Shown here: positions 9,699 to 19,757 of the stretch, in pieces
Layout of the letters: the number at the start of each line of letters is the position of its first letter
How positions within the stretch are numbered: the stretch's first letter is position 1
DNA from: Acholeplasma brassicae
Lineage (GTDB): Bacteria > Bacillota_I > Bacilli_A > Acholeplasmatales > UBA5453
DNA length: 64,000 bases
Assembly: GCF_000967915.1 (NCBI RefSeq)
Contig: NC_022549.1
Location: forward strand, 531,522 to 595,521
Reading direction: 5' to 3'
Translations under genes and position numbers: made by a program
The notes under the pieces: model-generated
Told to the model about the DNA's origin: nothing
The model's input: the letters and a program-made list of their open reading frames with translations, nothing else
Databases searched by the model: none

Positions 9699-10611
9699 TA
9701 CAAAGCATCAACATCATCAATATATGATCATGATTCACATCTTTTTGATGGTCTTGTTTCTTGCGATAGGAAGCCAGAGTAGCGCCCCCTATTCAAGAGT
9801 AGCAATTGATTTTGGTAGCATTCAAATCTATTGGTATGCAATTTTCATTTTGACAGGAGTATTTATAGCGGCATATTATAGTCAAAATGAACTCAATCGT
9901 TTAAATTATCCTAAGGATATTATCTATGACGGTCTCTTAATTGGGTTACCTTTAGCAATTTTAGGAGCTAGACTTTACTATGTGTTATTTGATCCAATTC
10001 CACATTATAAGACGTTTCTAGACATAATCAATATTTCAAAAGGTGGCTTAGCGATTCATGGAGCAATCATTACCACTCTAGTTTTTGTACCTATTTTTTG
10101 TAAGATCAAAAAAATTAAATTATTGCCACTTATAGATACGTTGATGATAGGATTTCTCATTGGACAAATCGTTGGTAGATTTGGAAATTTCATGAACCAT
10201 GAAGCCTACGGACCAGCAATTCAATCAGCCTGGGTTATTGACATATTGCCTAAATTCATTGTTGAACAAATGACTCTAGGTAATGTTGTTCATCATCCTA
10301 CCTTTTTATATGAAGGTTTGTGGAACCTATCTATGCTTGTCACACTGATCATTTTAAAGAAGAAACGTTTGCTCAAAGTAGGTGAAAATCTTGGACTTTA
10401 TTTGATATGGTACGGTTTAGGTAGAGGAATAATCATTGAGCCGATGAGAGTCAATGGTGCATATGGAGATGCACTGATGATTATGGATATTCCGGTAAAT
10501 ATAATAATGTCACTCGTTTTTGTTGCTCTAGGTGTAGTGTATTTGTTTTTTAGCCGACTAAAGATGAAAAATCTTCCCTATCAAGTAGATTTAGTCAATG
10601 TAACATCATAA
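9682..10611 (+). CDS. lgt: Prolipoprotein diacylglyceryl transferase (Lgt) homologue; exact start uncertain
   Basis: Polytopic membrane protein carrying the Lgt signature GQIVGRFGNFMNHEAYG. Confidence 0.65.
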   Translation: MHTHHNTKHQHHQYMIMIHIFLMVLFLAIGSQSSAPYSRVAIDFGSIQIYWYAIFILTGVFIAAYYSQNELNRLNYPKDIIYDGLLIGLPLAILGARLYYVLFDPIPHYKTFLDIINISKGGLAIHGAIITTLVFVPIFCKIKKIKLLPLIDTLMIGFLIGQIVGRFGNFMNHEAYGPAIQSAWVIDILPKFIVEQMTLGNVVHHPTFLYEGLWNLSMLVTLIILKKKRLLKVGENLGLYLIWYGLGRGIIIEPMRVNGAYGDALMIMDIPVNIIMSLVFVALGVVYLFFSRLKMKNLPYQVDLVNVTS

Positions 10612-10621
10612 CAATCAATAA

Positions 10622-10660
10622 CGAAATGCCAGAGATCAAAATTGTTCTCTGGCATTTTTA
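10622..10660. terminator. Bidirectional intrinsic terminator between lgt (+) and copB (-)
   Basis: Hairpin aatgccagaga…tctctggcatt flanked by A and T runs. Confidence 0.6.
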
Positions 10661-10704
10661 TATAGAAAAAGTGAGTTTATTAGACTCACTCTCTTATGAT
10701 AATT

Positions 10705-12831
10705 CTATATTTTTAGCAAACGGGCGTTGATTGCTACAATGACTGTACTAAGTGACATTAATACTGCTCCAACTGCAGGACTTAATAGAATACCGATAGA
10801 ACTTAAAACACCAGCAGCTAAAGGAATAGCAATAATATTATATCCTGTTGCCCATACGAGGTTTTGAATCATTTTCTTATAGGTTGATTTAGAAAGTTTT
10901 ATGATATTTACGACATCCATTGGATTACTCTTAACAAGGATGACATCTGCAGTTTCAATCGCGACATCTGTACCTGCTCCAATAGCAATACCAAGATGTG
11001 CTTTTGCTAATGCTGGTGCATCATTGATGCCATCACCAGTCATAGCTACTAGACGTCCCTCTTTTGTGAGTGATTCAATCTTATCCGATTTTTGATCAGG
11101 TAAAACCTCTGCAAATACATTTTTTATACCTATTTTTTTGGCAACTTCATTTGCAACTTTTTGATTATCCCCTGTAAGCATGTATGAATCGATGCCCATT
11201 TCTTTAAGTGATTCAATCGCTTCCTGCGAGGTTTCTCGAATCATATCATTTAAAGCGATATAGCCGATCAAGTTTTTATCCTTAAGGACAAAAATAACAG
11301 TGTTACCTTGATTCGCTAATGTTTCATATGTGCTGTTATCAAATGGTATATTTAACTCTTTAATATAACCCGGACTCACAATTTCGACAGTTGATTGTTG
11401 TACTATACCAACAAGGCCTTTACCAGGAATTGCTTTGATGTCTCTACCTTTTTGAAGTTGTACTTTTCTATCTTTTGCTGCTCTAACTATCGCTTTTGCA
11501 ATAGGATGCTCAGATTCATTCTCGATGGCATAAGCTAATGATAGAAGTTCGTTTTCACTTAGACTAAGACCTTCGATTTTTGAAATTCCAAATTCTCCTT
11601 TGGTGAGTGTGCCTGTTTTATCAAATACAATCGTATTGATTTTACGTGCATTTTCGAAGTTAGCCCTATTTCGAATGAGTAAACCATGCTTTGCACCAAT
11701 GCTTGATGAAACGGCAGTAACGAGTGGCGTAGCCAACCCAAGTGCATGCGGGCATGAAATGATGACAACAGTAACTGCTCTTTCCATAGCGAATCCAATA
11801 TCTTTACCTAGTAACGTCCAAATTACAAATGTTGATACTCCGCCCAATAAAGCAACATAGAATAAGTATTTTGCTGCAATATCTGCTATTCTTTGTGTTT
11901 TTGAACGTGTTTTTTGAGCATCCCTGACGAGTTTAATGACTTGAGAGAGAAATGTCTCATCACCAATACGTGTCACTTTATACTTCAGTGAACCTTCAGC
12001 ATTGATTGAGCCACCTATTAATTCGTCACCAGGTGATTTATCGACAGGAACGGATTCACCGGTTAACATGGATTCGTTTACAGATGACTTTCCTTCTATG
12101 ATTTTTCCGTCAATAGGAACCTTTTCTCCAGGTCTGACTAATAAAATCATACCTACTTTAACTTGAGTGATTGATATATCATTGATGTGACCATCTTGAT
12201 CGATGACGTGAGCTTCTTCAGGCATCAGTTTTAAGAGTTCTTCTAAAGCTCTTGATGCACCTAATACAGACTTCATTTCAATCCAGTGACCGAGTAGCAT
12301 GATTGAGATGAGTGTCGATAACTCCCAGAAAAAGTCTTGACCGGTTTGGAATATGACGGTATATGCACTATAGATATATGAGACGACAATAGCAAGGCCA
12401 ATGAGAGACATCATGGCTGGTGCTTTCTGTTTCATTTCTTCAAATGTACCCTTGAAAAATGGGGATCCTCCATAAATAAATAACACCGTACTGAGTATCA
12501 AAAGAATGTATAAGTCTCCAGTAAATCTTAGATTTAATTCAAGGAATTCTTGAATCATAGGTGATAGCGTTAAAATTGGAACTAATAATATTAGTGATAT
12601 CAAAAATCTTCTTTTAAAATCTTTAACCATCATAGCATGATGGTCGTGGTGATTATCATGATTTTGATGTTCAGTATGCTTTTGACTATCTTTGTGATGG
12701 TGATGATGAATTTCTTCATGGTGGTGATGATGTGCATCTTGTGTTTCATGATTCATGCCTACTTTGTTGTGATCGATATGCTCGTTTTTATTATCTTTGT
12801 GATGATGATGATTGTGTTCATGCTTGTCCAT
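10705..12831 (-). CDS. copB: Cu(II)/Cu-translocating P1B-3-type ATPase with a His-rich N-terminal tail
   Basis: N-terminus is extremely rich in H and HH runs. CPH transmembrane motif (SCPHALGLATP), DKTGTLT and GDGINDAP. Confidence 0.8.
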   Translation of the reverse strand: MDKHEHNHHHHKDNKNEHIDHNKVGMNHETQDAHHHHHEEIHHHHHKDSQKHTEHQNHDNHHDHHAMMVKDFKRRFLISLILLVPILTLSPMIQEFLELNLRFTGDLYILLILSTVLFIYGGSPFFKGTFEEMKQKAPAMMSLIGLAIVVSYIYSAYTVIFQTGQDFFWELSTLISIMLLGHWIEMKSVLGASRALEELLKLMPEEAHVIDQDGHINDISITQVKVGMILLVRPGEKVPIDGKIIEGKSSVNESMLTGESVPVDKSPGDELIGGSINAEGSLKYKVTRIGDETFLSQVIKLVRDAQKTRSKTQRIADIAAKYLFYVALLGGVSTFVIWTLLGKDIGFAMERAVTVVIISCPHALGLATPLVTAVSSSIGAKHGLLIRNRANFENARKINTIVFDKTGTLTKGEFGISKIEGLSLSENELLSLAYAIENESEHPIAKAIVRAAKDRKVQLQKGRDIKAIPGKGLVGIVQQSTVEIVSPGYIKELNIPFDNSTYETLANQGNTVIFVLKDKNLIGYIALNDMIRETSQEAIESLKEMGIDSYMLTGDNQKVANEVAKKIGIKNVFAEVLPDQKSDKIESLTKEGRLVAMTGDGINDAPALAKAHLGIAIGAGTDVAIETADVILVKSNPMDVVNIIKLSKSTYKKMIQNLVWATGYNIIAIPLAAGVLSSIGILLSPAVGAVLMSLSTVIVAINARLLKI

Positions 12832-12843
12832 AATTTGCCTCCT

Positions 12844-13413
12844 TTAGGCCAGTTTAAGTGTTGTAAGACACGTATTTGAACTAGTAAAAGTTGAAACTTC
12901 CTCAGTTGCAGTTAAATTCCCATATGATACGGTGACTTGAAAACGTTTATTTTCAGGTAACCAAATACCAGCAAATCCATTTGAACTGCTTATAATCGTT
13001 CTTTCAATGATGACAGTATTTGTTTGAGAATCAACAATCTTAACTTCAAAAGATTTGTTTTTTAACTCTCCACGACAGGTGACTAAATTATGATTACCAC
13101 AAGGATGTGTTTGATTGACATAAGGCGCAAATGAGAGATAAAACTGACCTTTAGGTAGTTCTAGTTCCACTTGCTGTTGAGAATCACCTAGAAGCAATTT
13201 GGATCCTGTTATTGCAGCACTAAAATTTGTGGGTTCATTCAAATCATTCTCTAAATAGGCTACTATTTCTTTTACCGTCATACCCTCTAAATCATATTTT
13301 GCCAAGAAATCATTTCGATTTGGTGAATTTGCTGCTACAAAAGCAATAACTCCAATAAATGCTATCAATATAGATAAACCGATTAGTACTTTCTTTTTCA
13401 TCATAGACCTCAT
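12844..13413 (-). CDS. Membrane-anchored extracytoplasmic protein of unknown function within the csoR–copB operon (putative metal-binding)
   Basis: N-terminal signal anchor. HPCGNHNLVTCRGE patch. Its start overlaps the csoR stop and copB follows 12 bp after. Confidence 0.4.
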   Translation of the reverse strand: MRSMMKKKVLIGLSILIAFIGVIAFVAANSPNRNDFLAKYDLEGMTVKEIVAYLENDLNEPTNFSAAITGSKLLLGDSQQQVELELPKGQFYLSFAPYVNQTHPCGNHNLVTCRGELKNKSFEVKIVDSQTNTVIIERTIISSSNGFAGIWLPENKRFQVTVSYGNLTATEEVSTFTSSNTCLTTLKLA

Positions 13414-13700
13414 CTTAAGTATTTCACTAAAATTTCAGTGATTTCATCAATTTTTTCTTTGCCCTTTTGTTCGAAAATAGCTTCTGTAACGCATGTACTA
13501 ATATGATCGTTTAATATTAATGCGTTAGCATTTTGAAGCACAGCAATAACTGATAGTATCTGCTTTGAGATATCTATACAGTATCTTCCTTCCTCATACA
13601 TTTTGAGTATGCCTTCCATTTGACCTCGTCCAGTTTTTAGTAACTGCTTGATTTTTTTCTCATTCATGTGTTTTGTGTTATGTTGATGCGATTGACTCAT
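13410..13700 (-). CDS. csoR: Copper-sensing transcriptional repressor, CsoR/RcnR family
   Basis: 96 aa, DUF156-like, with conserved Cys/His/Cys positions (YCIDISKQ…H…C). Confidence 0.75.
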   Translation of the reverse strand: MSQSHQHNTKHMNEKKIKQLLKTGRGQMEGILKMYEEGRYCIDISKQILSVIAVLQNANALILNDHISTCVTEAIFEQKGKEKIDEITEILVKYLR

Positions 13701-13715
13701 AGTTTTCCTCCTTGA

Positions 13716-13734
13716 ACCCCACCACGGGAGGGGT
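13716..13734. promoter_or_regulatory. Second copy of the putative CsoR operator (ACCCCACCACGGGAGGGGT), directly upstream of csoR
   Basis: Exact 19-bp identity with 6954–6972. Lies in the divergent promoter region between csoR (-) and the SHOCT gene (+). Confidence 0.55.
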
Positions 13735-13808
13735 ATACAAGTACATTATATCATGGTAATATAAAAATGCAATAATATTTTTACATTCATTTTATATTCA
13801 TAATTGTT

Positions 13809-14165
13809 TTGTATAATATAATCGAGGTGAGTAAGATGAATAAAAAACAAGGTATCTTTTTAGGGGTTTTTATAGGATTATTGGTTATCGTTGCTATCGT
13901 TTTTTGGTATTTTTCACCACAAAGGGCAAATAATAGTGATTATCCGTACTATGGTCATATGGTGGGAGGTTGGGGTATGCCGTTCGGAATGTTAGCAATG
14001 GGTATATTTTGGATTGGTGTGATTTACTTTGCTATAAATGGTTTTAGTTATCGCAGTGAATGCAGAAATGATCGAGCAATTGAGTTGTTAAAGTCTCGCC
14101 TTGCAAAAGGTGAGATAACTATTGATGAATATGAAAAATTAATAGAGAAATTGAGGGATAAATAA
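13809..14165 (+). CDS. SHOCT-domain small membrane protein
   Basis: Two TM segments plus the C-terminal motif LAKGEITIDEYEKLIEKL. Confidence 0.55.
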   Translation: MYNIIEVSKMNKKQGIFLGVFIGLLVIVAIVFWYFSPQRANNSDYPYYGHMVGGWGMPFGMLAMGIFWIGVIYFAINGFSYRSECRNDRAIELLKSRLAKGEITIDEYEKLIEKLRDK

Positions 14166-14166
14166 T

Positions 14167-14778
14167 ATGAGAAAAGGATTGATTGCTTTCGGACTAACTA
14201 TTGCTGTTGGGTTCTTAGGCGCGTTAACAATGGGTGCAGTGAATGCGTATTCACGTGATATTAACAGTGATACTATCAATTTCAACTACAGCCAACATGG
14301 CATGATGGGATCTGACTATATTCATAATAGTATGGAAGAAATTTATCTTCATCTACCCATTGAAGAACGAGAAAGGATAGATTTTGGTTTTGCTAATGAG
14401 ATAAAAACCGCAGATGTTCAACAAAAAAATATTGAACAAATTGTTGAATTGATTAATCAGATTAAATCTGAATTTTTAGATGATGTTCAATTCGATTACT
14501 CAACTTATCGATATGGCATGATGGGTGGTAACATGATGGGATATAGCGGAAATGATCCATATGTAAATTGTGGATACCAGAATGATTCTAGTACTTATGA
14601 ATGGTTGTATGTTCATTCGAATGATACTCAAAGAAGTAGATTGGATTTACAATTTGCAGAAGCTATTATGAATTTAGATTTATCAAATCTAACCGTTCAA
14701 GAACTTGTAGAGAACATAAAAGAAATTAAGTCAAATTTAGTTAAACAACTACTAATTTTGGTTCAACCGAATGAATAA
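14167..14778 (+). CDS. Secreted Met/His-rich protein of unknown function (possible copper-binding)
   Basis: Signal peptide. HGMMGSDYIHNSM and YGMMGGNMMGYSG Met-rich motifs. Coupled to the upstream gene. Confidence 0.4.
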   Translation: MRKGLIAFGLTIAVGFLGALTMGAVNAYSRDINSDTINFNYSQHGMMGSDYIHNSMEEIYLHLPIEERERIDFGFANEIKTADVQQKNIEQIVELINQIKSEFLDDVQFDYSTYRYGMMGGNMMGYSGNDPYVNCGYQNDSSTYEWLYVHSNDTQRSRLDLQFAEAIMNLDLSNLTVQELVENIKEIKSNLVKQLLILVQPNE

Positions 14779-14854
14779 ATAGGTTTTCGGTGGGTAAACA
14801 TACTCACCCATATTTTGTTGTTGTTGTATAATATTCACATAGGAAGTGATTTTA

Positions 14855-15535
14855 ATGAAAGTATTGGTTGTTGAAGATTATCCAAAAATCAATCAATTAT
14901 TAGCGATGTACGCACTCAAAGATGGTCATGTAGTCAAGCAAGTTTATAATGGAGAAGATGCACTTGCAGCAGTTCATCATGAAAAGTTTGATATTATTCT
15001 CTTAGATTTAATGCTTCCTGGAATACAAGGAGAAGAACTAATCAAACAAATACGCAAAGTATCCGATGTCTATATTATCGTATTATCAGCTAAAATTGAT
15101 ATCAAAGACCGTGTCGATGTCATCACACTTGGGGCAGATGATTATATGATTAAGCCTTTTTCAATTGATGAGGTCATGGCTAAACTCAAAAATGTTGAAA
15201 AAAGACTTGTTGTTAATCATCCAACAATCTACACATTTAATCATTCACATCTAAAAGTTCTACCCTTAAGTAGAGAGGTTTTTGTGAACAATCAATTAAT
15301 CAATTTAACACAGTATGAGTATGATGTCTTATTGCATTTGCTTTCAAATCCTAACGTTGTCTTTTCTAGAGACATGATTATTGAGCAGTGTTTTTCAAAT
15401 AGTGATGCTTATGACCGTGTAATAGACGTTTTCATAAAAAACATTAGAAAAAAAATAGATCCTGCTTCCGAACTATCATATATAAAAACGCATTATGGGA
15501 TTGGATATCAGTTTGTGGGGGTAAAGGATGAATAG
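14855..15535 (+). CDS. OmpR-family response regulator
   Basis: Receiver domain (LLDLMLPG) plus a winged-helix C-terminus. RBS aggaag sits upstream of the ATG at 14855. Confidence 0.8.
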   Translation: MKVLVVEDYPKINQLLAMYALKDGHVVKQVYNGEDALAAVHHEKFDIILLDLMLPGIQGEELIKQIRKVSDVYIIVLSAKIDIKDRVDVITLGADDYMIKPFSIDEVMAKLKNVEKRLVVNHPTIYTFNHSHLKVLPLSREVFVNNQLINLTQYEYDVLLHLLSNPNVVFSRDMIIEQCFSNSDAYDRVIDVFIKNIRKKIDPASELSYIKTHYGIGYQFVGVKDE

Positions 15536-16763
15536 TATAAAGAGCCTCCTTATTTCTCAAATCTTTAAAAAAGTACTCTTCATATTTCTATCAACCATTT
15601 TTATCCTGAATATTGCCTTTTATTTATTTTCAAATAACCAATTTCAAAAAGAAATTGCAAGACAATACGATGCACTATATAATATGACTGCTCATCTATC
15701 AACTGAAGAGAACTTCGACACTTTAATCATATATTTGGAGCACTATACACATAATAATGATGTAACAATTCATTTCAAAAACATTACAGAGCAAACCATT
15801 TTCTCTAATGATTTTGATGCGAGATTGCAAAAGTATGAACCTGTATATTATGATGACATTCTTCTTGGATATATCGCAGTCAACTTTGAGTCCTCCAAAT
15901 TAGGTATAGATATACTTTATGGATTCATTGGATTAAATTTAACCTCCATTATTTTGTTTGCCTTTGGTATGTATATTTTATATAAGTTTCTGAGGAATGA
16001 AAATACCAAGTTAAAGTTGGATTTAAACAATATTGAGTCAGAAAGTTCGGTTTTCTCGTATAAAGAAATAAAGCAATTGCACCTTCAACTAATGAATGGT
16101 CAAATCCAAAGAGAAAAACAAAGATCCGTTTATGAGTCTCATATCAAAAGTATTGCGCATGATATCAAAACACCCCTTTCAGTTATCCGAATTTATGCGG
16201 ATTCATTAGTTAATGAAAAACTGAATCCAACTAAAGATGTATTTTTGGACATTCAAGCAGAAACAGTTAAAATAATGAACCTAATCCCTAAGTTTATCGA
16301 ACTTGACTATGTTGAACTACCATATATACAGGATGTTTCTCTATTTATTAACAGATATGCAAATAAGTACAAGGAAATATTTGAAAGTAAACACATTACT
16401 ATATCGCTGGAACTAGACAGATTATCAATTAATATTTCTGATAAAGATCTAGAGCGTTTAATTGAACATCTATTATTCAATGCTTTTTATTATTCGAATC
16501 CTCAATCAAATATCTCAATCTCTGTTCATAATAAAAACAGAAAATTGGTTGTTGAAGATGAAGGGATTGGCATGACCATCGAAACAATACAAAATATCTT
16601 AAAAGGACCTTATCGTTCAGTAGAAGCAATGAAATTGAACGATAAAGGTAGTGGTTTGGGTTTACAGTTCGTAAAAGATATAGTTCAAAAATTAGGTGCA
16701 AACATGCAAATAGATAGTGTTATTGGATATGGAAGCAAGATAACAATTCAATTTCCTCAATAA
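15528..16763 (+). CDS. Sensor histidine kinase
   Basis: Two TM segments, H-box IAHDIKTPL, ATP-binding G-box GSGLGLQFV. Overlaps the response regulator by 8 nt. Confidence 0.8.
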   Translation: MNSIKSLLISQIFKKVLFIFLSTIFILNIAFYLFSNNQFQKEIARQYDALYNMTAHLSTEENFDTLIIYLEHYTHNNDVTIHFKNITEQTIFSNDFDARLQKYEPVYYDDILLGYIAVNFESSKLGIDILYGFIGLNLTSIILFAFGMYILYKFLRNENTKLKLDLNNIESESSVFSYKEIKQLHLQLMNGQIQREKQRSVYESHIKSIAHDIKTPLSVIRIYADSLVNEKLNPTKDVFLDIQAETVKIMNLIPKFIELDYVELPYIQDVSLFINRYANKYKEIFESKHITISLELDRLSINISDKDLERLIEHLLFNAFYYSNPQSNISISVHNKNRKLVVEDEGIGMTIETIQNILKGPYRSVEAMKLNDKGSGLGLQFVKDIVQKLGANMQIDSVIGYGSKITIQFPQ

Positions 16764-16899
16764 AAAGTAGAAATTCATCGAAGTATAAATCAAATGAGTG
16801 TAGCAAATGAATATGTTTCTCATCATTAATGTTAGATATATTATATAATATGTTCCCACACCAGAAAAAGTCTGGAATTGGGGAACATAAAATGGCTAA

Positions 16900-17100
16900 A
16901 AATATGTTTCCGACATACACGAACCGACAAATTTTCGAGCAATCAGATATACTCCACGCACGTTGAAAGTGTGACACTGCTTTCTTTAAAAACAGCTTAA
17001 CAAAGCCATTCATAAAATAGAAAAAGAAGCATTTATCCCTTAAAAACTGGGATAAATGCTTCTTTTTTACTTTTTGCCCAATGTGGAAACATATCGAAAT
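16900..17100. repeat. Junction repeat copy 2: degenerate rlmD 3' end (NMFPTYT…HVESVTLLSLKTA*) plus terminator
   Basis: Contains cacgttgaaagtgtgacactgctttctttaaaaacagcttaacaaagccattcataaaatag…agaagcatttatccc…gggataaatgcttc and ccaatgtggaaacatat. Confidence 0.8.
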
Positions 17101-17404
17101 CATTGTGGGTCATCAAACTATGCTCAAAGCATATATTTTCTTGAGTGTGAGCACATCTTTTTGCTAAAAAATTATATCACTACACCTAGGGTAAACATCT
17201 TAGTTAAGCCACCCTTTGTGTGATATGTTTCCACAATGATTGGTTCAGTTTTTAAGAACTCAAAACGTCGTTCTTTGAACTCATTGTCTGAATAATTCTT
17301 GGTTCCAGCAATACAGTATACGATCTCATTTGGACTGACTGGTATCATTTTATAGATGAATGTTATAAATGTACTCAATATATCAAAATCTAGCACATCG
17401 ATGA

Positions 17405-18307
17405 CTAAATTCTTTTACCTAAAATCTCACCTATTTTATCCATACGTTTTTTGGTGTCGTAATTTTTTACGTGTTCAAGTTCAAGCTTGTTAATCTCTGC
17501 GGTTAGAAATTTAAGTCGATCAGAATATTCTCTATACTTTGCATTAAATATTGATTCTGGAATATCTGGTGTTTTTACTTTTGTATCAATTAAGTTTGAT
17601 AATGCTATTTCGTTTTCATCTCTTTCTAATGTTAACCTTTCAATGATACCTTGGACATCATCGACTTTGATGGTTGATTTAATTACCCTTTGAATGGTTG
17701 ACATGATATCTAGATCTTTTAAGAAGACTTTGTTTAGCATATGGATTGTTGTTGCTTCAATAAGATCTTGACGACTCGCCTTGGCGCTACAGTTTGCCTT
17801 ACCATCAATGTAGCTACCGCACTGTTGCATCACCCTTTGTGATGGCTTACCGTAGTTCCAGTAACGTCTTTTTAATGTTCTGCCGCATTCACTACAAATA
17901 ATCATTGCTGTTAAAGGATACGTTCTACCATATTTTGAGAGGTTCTTATCTTCACCGATTCGTACCTTAGCTCTATCTTTTCTAATGCGTTGAGCTAGTT
18001 CAAATGTTTCTTTATCAATGATTGCCTCATGACTATTCTCTGTATAATAAGTAGGTGCATGATTTTTATTCTTAACTCTTGTGTGGTTCAGGTAGTCTAT
18101 ACTGATTGTTTTTTGCTGCAGCATATCACCCATGTATTTTTCATTTTTTAGAATGGTTGTAATCGTTGAAAGTCGCCACTTTCTTTTACCAGCACCTGTC
18201 TTTGCACCCATCTCAATGAGTTGCTCTGCAATTTTAGCTGGACCAAAATCACTAATGTACAAATTGAATATGAGTTTAACAATCTGTGCTTCCTCAGGTA
18301 CAACCAC
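17405..18307 (-). pseudogene. Large serine recombinase fragment: recombinase domain, zinc ribbon and coiled-coil only; catalytic N-domain missing
   Basis: Begins at VVPEEAQIVKLIF, the start of the recombinase domain. Zinc-ribbon CSECG…C present. No resolvase catalytic domain upstream. Confidence 0.7.
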
Positions 18308-19324
18308 AATCGATTTATGGGGTACACAAAAGATGAAGAAGGAAACCTAATCATTGTACCTGAAGAGGCTGAAATTATTAAGCGCATTTACAGAGAGTAC
18401 CTTGAGGGTAAAAGCCTAGCAGGCATTGGTAGGGATCTTTAGAAGGACGGTATTTCGACAGCTGCAGGAAAACCAAGATGGCGAATGGAGACCATCAAGA
18501 AGATTCTCTTGAATGAAAAGTACATCGGGGATGCCCTATTACACAAGACCTTCACCGTGGATTTTCTAACAAAGAAAAGAGTTAAGAATGAAGGCCATGT
18601 CCCACAGTATTATGTTGAAAATAGCCATGAAGCGACCATACCAAAGGAACTATTTTTACAGGCTCAGGAAGAACTTCATCGCAGGAATAATATTTACACA
18701 GGAACAGATAAAAACAAAAGAATCTATAGCAGTAAATATGCTTTGAGCACCATAACCTTCTGCGGGGATTGCGGGGACATTTACAGACGGGTGTATTGGA
18801 ATATACGCGGTAGAAAAGAGTTTGTATGGCGATGTGTCACAAGAATCGAGCAAGGCCCTGAAACGTGCAAGAACCGGACGGTAAAAGAAGGAGATTTATA
18901 TGATGCGGTTATGACTGCCATTAATAGACTCCTTGCCGGTGGAGATAACATGATAAGAACACTAGAAGAAAACATCCATGCGGTAATTGGCGACACCGTA
19001 GAATATAAGATTTCAGAGATTAATGCTTTGCTTGAAGAAAAGCAGAAAGAAGTGATCAGCCTTGCCAACAAGGGTAAAGATTACGATTTTCTCGCAGATG
19101 AGATAGATAGTCTTCGTGAAAAGCGTCAGAGTTTACTTGTGGAAGATGCATCCTTAAGTGGTGAGAATGATCGGATCGACGAACTTATAGGATTTATCCG
19201 CAGGAACAAATACCGTACTCTGAGATATGATGATACCCTAGTAAGGAAGATTATCCAGAATGTTAGTGTTTATGATGACCACTTTGTAATATGCTTTAAA
19301 TCTGGAATTGAAATGGAAGTATGA
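18221..19324 (+). pseudogene. Second, diverged large serine recombinase fragment, 5'-truncated and interrupted by an in-frame TAG at 18440–18442
   Basis: GYTKDEEGNLIIVPEEAEIIKRIY…GIGRDL*KDGISTAAGKPRW…, followed by zinc ribbon CGDCG. ORFs 18221–18442 and 18485–19324 share one frame. Confidence 0.7.
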
Positions 19325-19757
19325 TTTAATACTAATATAAACCGTCAATTAAGAGTTAGGTTCTCTTGATTGTCGGTTTTTGCATTGACTTTTACATGAT
19401 TTATACATGTGATATTATCAAAAATGTTGTTTATAAGGTTATTGATAAGGAGTTGACCACATGAGTGATGTAATAAGCTGCTAGATGAAGCTATTAAAGA
19501 AACCGAAAACTTGTACGAAGGTGAAGTCTTTATTTTTAAGGATTTGTTTAAAGGATATGTATGGAACAGGATACCGAGAAAGGATGGTACTAATGTCTTA
19601 GAAGATGTTTTTGAGATATTTTAAATAATATAAAAAACACTTGAATAAATGCTCATATAACTATTGACACAAGAGAAAAACAATAATATAATAAATATAC
19701 AACGTATGAATGCTTGTTCAAGTATTCAGATGAAATGATTTAAAAAGAGGTGATAAT

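Noticed and set aside
9682-9730. His/Gln-rich N-terminal extension of lgt (MHTHHNTKHQHHQY)
   Set aside because: Probably read-through of the copA 3' region. The true Lgt start is likely an internal Met; not a separate feature.
10901-11860. Several short ORFs on both strands inside copB
   Set aside because: Overlap a gene with complete P-type ATPase motifs; classic shadow ORFs.
12637-12879. Plus-strand 80-aa Met/Val/Ile-rich ORF
   Set aside because: Mirror image of the His-rich codon run (CAT/CAC gives ATG/GTG) at the copB N-terminus.
17172-17396. 74-aa minus-strand ORF next to junction copy 2
   Set aside because: No RBS or motif. It lies inside the inverted-repeat-bounded junction segment and is more likely non-coding.
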